Shown piece by piece: positions 26,516-34,923 of a stretch of 35,646 nt of DNA (the first letter of the stretch is position 1; each line of letters begins with the position of its first letter). A program made the translations under genes and the position numbers. Source of the stretch: an uncultured bacterium (lineage in GTDB: Bacteria > Fidelibacterota > Marinisomatia > Marinisomatales > UBA1611); the NCBI GenBank assembly GCA_964001155.1, contig CAXFCD010000214.1, positions 1-35,646 on the forward strand, read 5' to 3'. The notes beneath the pieces are model-generated. The model was given only the letters and a program-made list of their open reading frames with translations. It had not been told where the DNA came from and did not search any database.

Positions 26516-27928
26516 ATGAATTATATCGTTATTGATTCCGGGACATCATCCACGAAAGCATTTTTATTTGATGCTAATGGGGAAATTCTCCATACAAATA
26601 AAATCAAACATGATTTATCCAGGCCCAAACAATACAATGTAGAAAGTGACGCCACCATCATATTGGATGCATGTACAAAATTATTCCACGAAATGGTAAA
26701 TGCGTCCGGGAATACGCCTGTTTTGAAAACAGGATTAACGGTACAACGATCCACATTTTTATTTTGGGAAAAGGAATCCTGCCAGCCGATAACACCGGCC
26801 CTGAGTTGGCAAGACAGCAGAGCCCACACCATTGTTGATGAATTTTCTGAACATTCTCAAAAACTATGGAAAATTACAGGCACGCCTTTGAGTGCACATT
26901 TCGGCGGGCCAAAATATCTTTACATGATCCGGGAAAATTCCTATTTAAAAAAACGTGTGGAAAATGGTGAATTGTATTTTGGGCCTTTGAGCGCCTATTT
27001 ATCCCAAGCTATGACAGGCAACGCCGGTGTGGAAGAATCCATCGCATGTCGCTCACTCCTTTATGATATTCATTCCGGGGATTGGTCAGAGTTTGCCTTA
27101 GACTTATTTAAAGTGGAACAAGACAGTCTTCCGCCACTGTTGCCGGTAAAACATGATTATGGAAAAATAATTGAAATGGACATTCCACTTTCCATTGTCA
27201 TTGGGGATCAACAAGGTGCACTTATTGGGCAAACAGGATTAAAACCGGATTCTGTAGCTGCAAATTTTGGTACGTCTGCAAGTGTTCAATTCAATGCAGG
27301 GACAGAGCCAACAGTGATTCCGGGACTCATTTCCAGTGTTCTTTATTCTGATAAACATGAAAAATATTTTATGGTGGAAGGCACCATCAATGCCTGCAAT
27401 TCACTTTTCTATCATTTAGAGGATGTCCTCAATATTCCCCATGAAAAAATGAAATGGGACGAACGTGCATCACGGACAAAAACGGATGGCATTTTCATTC
27501 CTGGATTTTCGGGATTAGCCGCACCCTATTGGACACCGGGGTTTGATGATATTTATTTGGATTTGAATAAGGATTCGGAAAAGGATAAAATTGTGCGTGC
27601 CGGCATGGAATCCATTGGTTTTTTGGTCGATGATATTTTGGAATGTTTATCGCCACATATTAAACAGAAACCAGACTTACTCACAGCGGCTGGCGGTGGT
27701 GCCAGAGAACCTTTATTACAATTTATTGCTGATTTAACAGGCATTTCCGTTGGCCACTCAGCCATGAAAGACAGAACGGCTTATGGTGTATATAAATTAT
27801 TGAATCCAAATTATGAATCGGATTTGTCTAAAAATGTGGATTATATTTTTTCGCCAAATACCACAAATAAAATAATTGAGAAAAAAGAGAAATGGCGGAC
27901 TCTATTGAAAAAATTTCTAATAGTCTAA
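26516..27928 (+). CDS. FGGY-family carbohydrate kinase, divergent from glycerol kinase
   Basis: IDSGTSSTK, QRST, SWQDSR, GDQQGAL, FGTS and PGFSGLAAPYW. Confidence 0.85.
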   Translation: MNYIVIDSGTSSTKAFLFDANGEILHTNKIKHDLSRPKQYNVESDATIILDACTKLFHEMVNASGNTPVLKTGLTVQRSTFLFWEKESCQPITPALSWQDSRAHTIVDEFSEHSQKLWKITGTPLSAHFGGPKYLYMIRENSYLKKRVENGELYFGPLSAYLSQAMTGNAGVEESIACRSLLYDIHSGDWSEFALDLFKVEQDSLPPLLPVKHDYGKIIEMDIPLSIVIGDQQGALIGQTGLKPDSVAANFGTSASVQFNAGTEPTVIPGLISSVLYSDKHEKYFMVEGTINACNSLFYHLEDVLNIPHEKMKWDERASRTKTDGIFIPGFSGLAAPYWTPGFDDIYLDLNKDSEKDKIVRAGMESIGFLVDDILECLSPHIKQKPDLLTAAGGGAREPLLQFIADLTGISVGHSAMKDRTAYGVYKLLNPNYESDLSKNVDYIFSPNTTNKIIEKKEKWRTLLKKFLIV

Positions 27929-27977
27929 TTGAGAATACTTTACGAAAGTTTAAAACTTCCATAAAGTTTTGCTCAAT
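27928..27977. repeat. Imperfect 50-bp palindrome (REP-like or bidirectional terminator) filling the convergent gap
   Basis: ATTGAGAATACTTTACGAAAGTTT pairs with AAACTTCCATAAAGTTTTGCTCAAT. The left arm contains a nested ACTTT-ACG-AAAGT palindrome. Confidence 0.6.
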
Positions 27978-28663
27978 CAAATAACCGCACCAATAAACCC
28001 CTCGTTCGATAAATCATCCACCAAAAAAGTCGGCTTTGCTGATTTAATTTTATCCCAATTCCCATTGGGTCGGCACACAATAATGGATTTGCATCCATTC
28101 TCATTTGCCGCGACCGCATCTTGAACTGTATCACCAACCACCACCATATTTTCTAATCGATAAGATTCTTCCAGCACATCCCAAGCTCGTTCTCGGGCCA
28201 ACCGCGGCATGGAACTTTTTTCCTCTGCATCATCGGCAAAAACACCAAACTTGAATCGATTCCATAAACCGAATTTTTCCAATTTTATTTTGGAGATTGC
28301 TTTCATATTACCCGTCAATAAACAGGTTGCATGGCCCGCTTTTTCCACCGCATCCAGAAGTTGAATACAATCTTCATAAACAAAAGGAAGGTCGGAAGAG
28401 AAAAATTCTGTCGCCATGGATTTGATGTATCGATCCAGGATTTTTTCGAACAATCTTTCTGAAACCATTCCACCCTGGTCCAGTTTGGCTAATGCATTCC
28501 GTGTGATACTTCGGTCGGTGAATCCTGCCACATCGTTGTAGCCCAATTCAACCGATTCACCTGTTTCTTGTGAAATAGATCTTGCCAAGAGTCCGCGAGA
28601 AACACTCCCCGGCGAAATCAACGTCCCGTCAATATCAAACAGGAAAAGTTTTTTGGATGTCAT
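27977..28663 (-). CDS. HAD-superfamily hydrolase (phosphatase-like)
   Basis: FDIDGTL motif I, LTGN motif II and VVGDTVQD motif IV. The ATG at 28663 overlaps the pepC stop (ATGA). Confidence 0.9.
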   Translation of the reverse strand: MTSKKLFLFDIDGTLISPGSVSRGLLARSISQETGESVELGYNDVAGFTDRSITRNALAKLDQGGMVSERLFEKILDRYIKSMATEFFSSDLPFVYEDCIQLLDAVEKAGHATCLLTGNMKAISKIKLEKFGLWNRFKFGVFADDAEEKSSMPRLARERAWDVLEESYRLENMVVVGDTVQDAVAANENGCKSIIVCRPNGNWDKIKSAKPTFLVDDLSNEGFIGAVI

Positions 28664-30003
28664 TTCGCCAAAGCGCCCATGGGATCCCATGGCTTTAGGG
28701 GAATCGCTTCTTCTGTCTCAAAAAGTTGTGCTAACTCATCAGGCAAACAAGATTTATGAACCACAACTTCATAGTTGTATTCATCGAACCATTTATCCGT
28801 CATAATGTGATAGCCTTTTTCTCCGCCTTTATCACCCCAACTATTTTCCACGCGCCATTTTGTGGGCTTCCCTTTTGAGTCTAAATCCACGCCTGTGAAA
28901 AGCATGGCATGGGTCATTTGACTATCGCCATATTCCAATCGCGTTGCTTTATCCATGCCAAATTTTGTGCCATAGAAAGAATCGAAATCAAATAAATCCA
29001 TATCCATAACGCCCAAGTCTCGATGGAAATGTTTACTCACATCGCAACCGAACCAGACAGGATCATCATTTTTTAGGGACTCAATGGCTGCCCGCTTCAT
29101 GTCATCAATGTCCACATTCAAATAGCGAATGGGTTGACCTTCCACCACATTACCCAAATATTCCACGGTGTAAACCTTGTTGAATTCTTTGTCCGACATG
29201 GGGCAATGAATGAGACAGACATAATCATCCAAATTGAGTCCCACATGATTATCATAAAATGATTTTGGTGTCAGATTTTCGAATCGGGAAAAATTCTTAT
29301 CCTTGTTTCTTACTTGCCATGTGAATGAATCCGGCGGTGTGCCCAAATGAACAGTGAGCATTTGGTACACTTCTTTGAGCTGATCTGTTTTCATGGATTG
29401 TAATTCAGCATCGGTGGCACCATTGGATTTGGCATCTCGAAGTTGTTGAGCAAATTCACGGAGTTTCCGTGTAATCATTCGATTCATGCGCATGGATTTG
29501 GACGAAGAATGAGATTCCGGCATTTCTGATTGGGGCACCACACCATATTTATTGATGAGATTCACCCACATGTCCCATTGGCCACCATCTTGAATCGGAT
29601 TATCCAAAAGGTGCATCATGAGTCTAGAATTCCAGGGTTCATCAGTGGTTTTCAAAATTGATTCCAAAAAGTAATTTGATTTTTCCAACTTATCCCAAAA
29701 CATGAAATAGCTTTGTGAAAATTGAAAATTCTTCAACTTATGTTTTCGTCCTAAATAAATCCTGAACAAGTTGAGTCCTGCAAACCCCCAACACCGTCCA
29801 CTGGATTTCTGATTTGTTGCAGGCATTTCACCGGAGACAACCTCGGAAAAAGAATGATCAATTTTCCGGTAATGCTCCCAGTCCATGGTGAGTTCGATGA
29901 CTTCATTTCGGATGGATGCATTTCTGGCCAACCGAACTTGAGAATCATCCAGAACATTTTTCCTGAAATCTTTTAACGTTTTTTTCAAAATCTTTTTACT
30001 CAT
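28660..30003 (-). CDS. pepC: Aminopeptidase C / bleomycin hydrolase (peptidase C1B)
   Basis: NQKSSGRCW.FA, FWDKLEKSNYFL, DGGQWDM, MTHAMLFTGVD, WRVENSWG and C-terminal PWDPMGALA. Confidence 0.97.
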   Translation of the reverse strand: MSKKILKKTLKDFRKNVLDDSQVRLARNASIRNEVIELTMDWEHYRKIDHSFSEVVSGEMPATNQKSSGRCWGFAGLNLFRIYLGRKHKLKNFQFSQSYFMFWDKLEKSNYFLESILKTTDEPWNSRLMMHLLDNPIQDGGQWDMWVNLINKYGVVPQSEMPESHSSSKSMRMNRMITRKLREFAQQLRDAKSNGATDAELQSMKTDQLKEVYQMLTVHLGTPPDSFTWQVRNKDKNFSRFENLTPKSFYDNHVGLNLDDYVCLIHCPMSDKEFNKVYTVEYLGNVVEGQPIRYLNVDIDDMKRAAIESLKNDDPVWFGCDVSKHFHRDLGVMDMDLFDFDSFYGTKFGMDKATRLEYGDSQMTHAMLFTGVDLDSKGKPTKWRVENSWGDKGGEKGYHIMTDKWFDEYNYEVVVHKSCLPDELAQLFETEEAIPLKPWDPMGALAK

Positions 30004-30006
30004 TTT

Positions 30007-30861
30007 TTATCCTTCATTCATTTGAATTGATTCAATTATATTTTCAGACATTTCCCACAATCTCTTTTGGTCATCATCATTGTAAGAAACATCCGAACTT
30101 TTTACAGGTTTACATTTATTAAAATATTTTCCACTGATGCCTTCCACGTCTTCCGATGATGCCAAATAGACATTGGTTCGCGCTCCTTTTTCAACGTTGA
30201 TCGCAAACAATGATTTTGCAGCATTAATAGAGCCTCTGGCAAATCCTGAATTATTATTCCCAAAATTTGAATTCACAAATCCCGGATGGAGACAATTAAA
30301 CGTTACGCCGGAGTCAGCATAACTTCTATGACATTCGTATGTGAACATAATGTTCATTAATTTGGATCGGCAGTAAGAAGTCCATCCGCTGTAATTGTTT
30401 ATCATTTGTAAATCATCAAAATCCAGTGTTGCGTTTTTATGCGCCATGGATGCCACATTCACCACACGGCCGGACGGGGCTGCTTTTACCATGTCCAATA
30501 ATTCATGGGTGAGCAAAAAATAATTCAAATGGTTTAATGCAAAGGTAGTTTCGTATTCTTCTTCTGTTTGGCTGAAATCACTCATATATGCGCCAGCATT
30601 ATTAAGAAGCACATCAATAGAATCATAAGTGCGTTTGATTTGTTGAGCTACGGCATTCACCTGTGCTAAGAGTGAAAGATCAGCTTCAAAAAAGGTAAGA
30701 GATTCGTTTCCGGTTTCCGCTTGTATCTCTGAAATAACTGTTTCACCTTTTTCGTGGTTTCGGCCAACAAGCCCAAGGGTGAATCCTTGTTTTGATAATT
30801 CAAGCGCTGTTTGTTTCCCGATGCCATCTGTAGCCCCGGTAATAATGCAAATTTTATTCAT
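30007..30861 (-). CDS. Short-chain dehydrogenase/reductase (retinol-dehydrogenase-like subgroup)
   Basis: ITGATDGIG, LLNNAG, NHL.YFLLT, YCRSK and LHPGFV. Confidence 0.93.
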   Translation of the reverse strand: MNKICIITGATDGIGKQTALELSKQGFTLGLVGRNHEKGETVISEIQAETGNESLTFFEADLSLLAQVNAVAQQIKRTYDSIDVLLNNAGAYMSDFSQTEEEYETTFALNHLNYFLLTHELLDMVKAAPSGRVVNVASMAHKNATLDFDDLQMINNYSGWTSYCRSKLMNIMFTYECHRSYADSGVTFNCLHPGFVNSNFGNNNSGFARGSINAAKSLFAINVEKGARTNVYLASSEDVEGISGKYFNKCKPVKSSDVSYNDDDQKRLWEMSENIIESIQMNEG

Positions 30862-30873
30862 TGTTTATTCTTT

Positions 30874-30953
30874 AACACAAAGGCGCAGAGTCGCAAAGAT
30901 ATATTTAGGATATTTAGAGCCATTTTTCCTTTGCGCCCTTTCGTCTTTGTGTT
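30874..30953. repeat. REP-like or miniature inverted-repeat element
   Basis: 25-nt arms AACACAAAGGCGCAGAGTCGCAAAG and CTTTGCGCCCTTTCGTCTTTGTGTT (20 of 25 complementary by hand count). The 30-nt spacer contains ATATTTAG twice. Confidence 0.7.
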
Positions 30954-30963
30954 CATTTAACTT

Positions 30964-31464
30964 TTAATACATGCTCATGATACCCAGCATCACCAACATG
31001 AAATAAGGCACCAAGTCCGCAGCGCCCACATAATCTTTCGCCAATCGTTGACCAGTAAAAAGGGCAATGAGTGTGAGTGCCAACCAGACAAATCCATAAA
31101 AAATCCACAATGTGGTTCGCTCTGCAAATGCAAAGTAGATCCCATAGACAAGCATGAGTCCACCTAGCATTTCCATCAATGTAAGGATTGTTAACAAAAC
31201 GCGGCTGAATCCATGGAAAGGTGAATTGGCAAAATGGCTTTCAAAGAAATCTAAATTCCCTTGTCGGTCAATAATCTTATCAATTCCGGATTGAAGGAAT
31301 GTGATTGCCAGAAGAATTGCGATCAAAATCTGGCAAAGCTCTAATGGCCCTTTGAATGGAATCCCAAGGAGTTCGATTCTGTCGCCATACCGTTCTGCTA
31401 CGGATTGAGCCAAAGTAAATGTTGGTAAAAATAATGCTGTCATTGTGAAAAATAATTTTTTCAT
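30964..31464 (-). CDS. DoxX-like membrane protein with an N-terminal extension
   Basis: ITFLQSGIDK..D..GN......HF, E..GG and GQRLAKDY.GAA; about four TM helices. Confidence 0.75.
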   Translation of the reverse strand: MKKLFFTMTALFLPTFTLAQSVAERYGDRIELLGIPFKGPLELCQILIAILLAITFLQSGIDKIIDRQGNLDFFESHFANSPFHGFSRVLLTILTLMEMLGGLMLVYGIYFAFAERTTLWIFYGFVWLALTLIALFTGQRLAKDYVGAADLVPYFMLVMLGIMSMY

Positions 31465-31471
31465 AGCGTCC

Positions 31472-32179
31472 TCATGATTCTTTTAATTGATTAATTCTTT
31501 CTCGAACCATATCACTGGTTTCTTCCACGGTTAAGTGTTCAAATTCTTCTTTTTTAATTGGTTCACCAAATCGTGTAATGAGTTTCCCGGGACTCAGCCG
31601 CCAATCATTTTTTCTTTTTGCATAAAAAGCACCGATTACAGCAACCGGTATAATCGTCGTTCCTGTGTTTTTGGCTAAATGAAATGGCCCTTTTTTAAAA
31701 GGGCTCAATTCTCCAGTCAGAGATCGTGTTCCTTCAGGTGAAATTAAAAAAGATGTTCCACTCTTTAGCGCTTCTTCTGCTTTACTTAGGCTATTGATCG
31801 CTTTTTTCAAATTTTTCCGAATAATCGGAATCACACCATATTGGCGAATTAAAGTTCCCCACAGAGGGTATCGAAATTGTTCTATGGCCCCCACCGCTGT
31901 TAAATAGTGTTTGATATAGGCGGCAATCATAAATTGATCAAACATGGATTCGTGGTTGAACATATAAAGGTAGGGTTGTTCTTTTGGATCCGGTGGTTGA
32001 TTCTCTTTCACCAACCATTGCCCCGCTAAAAAGCAATAGATCCAACAAACAGGCCGAATCAAATAATGGAATGTGTCACGTGGAAAAAGTTTGAATGTGA
32101 TAAAAAATAGGAATATGGTAAATGCAAAAAACGTAAACCATATAGGCCAAAGGATAATTGAAATGAGCGTTCTAAACAT
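31472..32179 (-). CDS. plsC: 1-acyl-sn-glycerol-3-phosphate acyltransferase (PlsC family)
   Basis: NHESMFD (HxxxxD), PEGTRS, PFKKG.F.LA and IIPVAV.G. Start is ATG 32179 or 32194. Confidence 0.85.
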   Translation of the reverse strand: MFRTLISIILWPIWFTFFAFTIFLFFITFKLFPRDTFHYLIRPVCWIYCFLAGQWLVKENQPPDPKEQPYLYMFNHESMFDQFMIAAYIKHYLTAVGAIEQFRYPLWGTLIRQYGVIPIIRKNLKKAINSLSKAEEALKSGTSFLISPEGTRSLTGELSPFKKGPFHLAKNTGTTIIPVAVIGAFYAKRKNDWRLSPGKLITRFGEPIKKEEFEHLTVEETSDMVRERINQLKES

Positions 32180-33236
32180 GCCAACCTTGGTCATTTAAAA
32201 TGGAAAATAATTTATGATTCGCTTTTGGAAATGTATGATTGACTATTTCCTCTGGTTTGATCCATTTTGAATTATGCATTGCCTGAATCGATGTACCATT
32301 TTCCTTACAATGAAACCCGTGAAATGTGATTTTAAAATGGGTGTAGGCGTGTTTGATAGTACCAATTTTTTTCAGGATTTTTGGTGAAATACCACATTCT
32401 TCTTTCAACTCCCTCAAGAGTGCATTTTCTAAGGATTCATCCTTCTCTACTTTACCACCGGGGAATTCCCATAATCCGGCCAACATGCCACCTTCGCCGC
32501 GTTTTTGGATATAGAAAGAATCGCCACGCCAAATGAGTCCTACAACTATTTCGTAATGAGGAACTATAGGTTTTTTAATGAGCGCAGGGTACAATTCCGG
32601 TGATCCGGTTTGAAATGCTCTACAGGAATGTGAAACTGGACACACGCCACAATTTGGATTTTTAGGTGAACAATGACTCGCCCCCAATTCCATCATGGCT
32701 TGGTTAAAATCTCCAGGATTTTCTATAGGAATGATATTCGTGAGCATATTTTTGATTCTGGATAAATTATGCCTTGTCAATTGCTTCAATCCCAGCACAC
32801 GGCTCATGACACGTTTTACATTTCCATCGATAACTGAAAGAGGGTGGCCGAATGCAATGGACAAAACAGCAGCAGCTGTATAGTCACCCACACCGGGTAA
32901 GGACCGAAATTCATCCCAAGTGTCTGGAATTATACCATCAAACTTTTTCATGACCATTTGAGCTGCTTTATGAAAATTCCGACATCTAGAATAATACCCT
33001 AAGCCCTCCCACATTTTCAGTAGTTGTTCTTGCTCTGCTTTTGCAACGGATTCAAGTGTCGGGAATCTTTGAATCCATCGTTCGAAGTAAGGAATAACCG
33101 TAGCCACTTGCGTTTGCTGTAACATGACTTCTGATAACCAAATTTTGTAGGGATCATCGATGCCGCGGAAGGGTAAATCACGTTTTGTTTGATGATACCA
33201 ATCAAAAAGAGATGTATTAAACTTATTTATTTGCAT
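32172..33236 (-). CDS. mutY: A/G-specific adenine glycosylase with a C-terminal MutT/Nudix domain
   Basis: WLSEVMLQQTQV, WEGLGYYSR, HhH-GPD LPGVGDYTA...DGNVKRV, Fe-S motif CSPKNPNCGVCPVSHSC and HAYTH loop. Confidence 0.96.
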   Translation of the reverse strand: MQINKFNTSLFDWYHQTKRDLPFRGIDDPYKIWLSEVMLQQTQVATVIPYFERWIQRFPTLESVAKAEQEQLLKMWEGLGYYSRCRNFHKAAQMVMKKFDGIIPDTWDEFRSLPGVGDYTAAAVLSIAFGHPLSVIDGNVKRVMSRVLGLKQLTRHNLSRIKNMLTNIIPIENPGDFNQAMMELGASHCSPKNPNCGVCPVSHSCRAFQTGSPELYPALIKKPIVPHYEIVVGLIWRGDSFYIQKRGEGGMLAGLWEFPGGKVEKDESLENALLRELKEECGISPKILKKIGTIKHAYTHFKITFHGFHCKENGTSIQAMHNSKWIKPEEIVNHTFPKANHKLFSILNDQGWHV

Positions 33237-33670
33237 TATACAATCTTTTCATCTCTTAGAATTAGTTTTGATAAAATCCAGTGGAGGGAAGAAATAAATT
33301 CAATCATTTCATTACGGTCTAATGGATCTACTTCTTTTTCAATGGTAGCACCAATTTGATCAAACTGGATTTCCAATTCTGATTGAATTTTGTCACCTTT
33401 TTCCGTGAGAAACACTTCGATGACTCGTTTGTCATGGGATGATGGTTCACGATAAACCCACCCTTTTTTCTCTAAACCCATAATCATCCTCGTGGCTGTA
33501 CTGTTATCAATTCCAATTTTTTGGGACAAGACGGACATTTCAATTCCGTCATCGGGAATGATGGATAAAGCTAAAATTTGGGGAAAGGATGCGCCTTCAA
33601 TCGATATATTCTTCCGATAAATACTTTGAAGATCAACTAAGAAGGATGAAAGGAGTTCACCATAATTCAT
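33236..33670 (-). CDS. MarR family transcriptional regulator
   Basis: LSQKIGIDNSTATRMI..LEKKGWV.R.....DKR...V.LTEKG; 144 aa. TAATG-coupled to mutY. Confidence 0.92.
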   Translation of the reverse strand: MNYGELLSSFLVDLQSIYRKNISIEGASFPQILALSIIPDDGIEMSVLSQKIGIDNSTATRMIMGLEKKGWVYREPSSHDKRVIEVFLTEKGDKIQSELEIQFDQIGATIEKEVDPLDRNEMIEFISSLHWILSKLILRDEKIV

Positions 33671-33688
33671 ATTTGTATATTACAAATA
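33670..33688. promoter_or_regulatory. Probable MarR operator
   Basis: Perfect inverted repeat TATTTGTA-TAT-TACAAATA overlapping the first base of the marR start codon. Confidence 0.65.
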
Positions 33689-33717
33689 ATAAATTTAATT
33701 AGCGACAAAATTAAAAA

Positions 33718-34923
33718 TTAAAAAGAAGGCAAAGTTTTTAATCGATTAAAATGTGAAATAAAAATGTGTTTTGACAAACTATTTGTTCTATCATTCCCCA
33801 AATGACCAATGATATTCCAATGATCCATTTGGAAAGGCCCAATTGAATACCATTGTCCGGGAATTAATAAATCATTTTCATCATAGTCTGCAATTGGGTC
33901 TGCGCCATTAGCGCCTGTTGTAGGGCCAAACATGGACCTTGTATTCACAATGCCATCATTTTCAAACCAGGTTGAATCCGTTGCCGTGCCGTCGCTCCAA
34001 TACCCTACTCGAGAGCCTAACATTTTCGACCGTGTTCGGGTAAGAATCGATGTTCCTTCAATGGGAATATGATTGGGGGAATCAATGCTTTTTTCAGTGG
34101 TTGAAGAACTAATGGAGAAATAATAAACATCAGGGTCCGCTTGCAGAAAACCATTCAATTCCTTTGCCCCATCGAGACTCAAATCCCAGGAACACATATT
34201 TTTAGTGGTCCAGGCATCATGGGTTCGCATTCTTTTTAAATAACCTGTCCATGTTTCATTTTCGCCCCGGGAGAAGCCCCATTGTTCCAAATCAAAATCA
34301 TAAAACCGCATCTCCACTACACCGGCCAAGCCAACAAAATATTGTACAAAGGGAATTGTTTTTGTTACCACATCCGCAAGGGTGGTTCCATCATGGGGCG
34401 ATACCGCAGATGTTATACTCCGAATCCAATTAAGGTGAACGCCGCCCAATAAATTTGATTTTTCTGATAAACCGCTTTTTTCATCTTCATGAATTTCATG
34501 AGTTAAAAGATAGAGTAACATTCGTGCAGTTTGGCCACCCATGCTGTGCCCTACCAAATGGACCGGATGGTTTTCATCCCATTCCGGATAAAGCCCTTCA
34601 TAGGTCTTCCCTTTTGGTTGTTGGATAATGTTATATTTCTTCGCATGGGCCTTTCCATAATCCACTTGGCCGCCTTTCAGTTGGGTGTACACTTCCACTG
34701 CTCTTTCCCAATTAGATGACACTGGTCCGATAGAAACAGTAAAAACAGTATGCCCTTCACCCCGAAGCATTTGGGCATAATCTTCTTTGCCACCCCAATA
34801 GTTATAGCCACCCATTTCATCCGGCCCCCAACCCATAAATCCATGAATTAAAACAATGGGATATTGATTTTGCCCCACAAGGCAACCCAACATCACAAAG
34901 AAAGAAATCAAATATCGTTTCAT
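33718..34923 (-). CDS. Secreted triacylglycerol lipase resembling families I.5/I.6
   Basis: Signal peptide, PIVLIHGFMGWG, YWGG, GPVSSNWERA, VDYG.AH, nucleophile GHSMGG, PHDGT, ENDGIV and DH. Confidence 0.9.
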   Translation of the reverse strand: MKRYLISFFVMLGCLVGQNQYPIVLIHGFMGWGPDEMGGYNYWGGKEDYAQMLRGEGHTVFTVSIGPVSSNWERAVEVYTQLKGGQVDYGKAHAKKYNIIQQPKGKTYEGLYPEWDENHPVHLVGHSMGGQTARMLLYLLTHEIHEDEKSGLSEKSNLLGGVHLNWIRSITSAVSPHDGTTLADVVTKTIPFVQYFVGLAGVVEMRFYDFDLEQWGFSRGENETWTGYLKRMRTHDAWTTKNMCSWDLSLDGAKELNGFLQADPDVYYFSISSSTTEKSIDSPNHIPIEGTSILTRTRSKMLGSRVGYWSDGTATDSTWFENDGIVNTRSMFGPTTGANGADPIADYDENDLLIPGQWYSIGPFQMDHWNIIGHLGNDRTNSLSKHIFISHFNRLKTLPSF

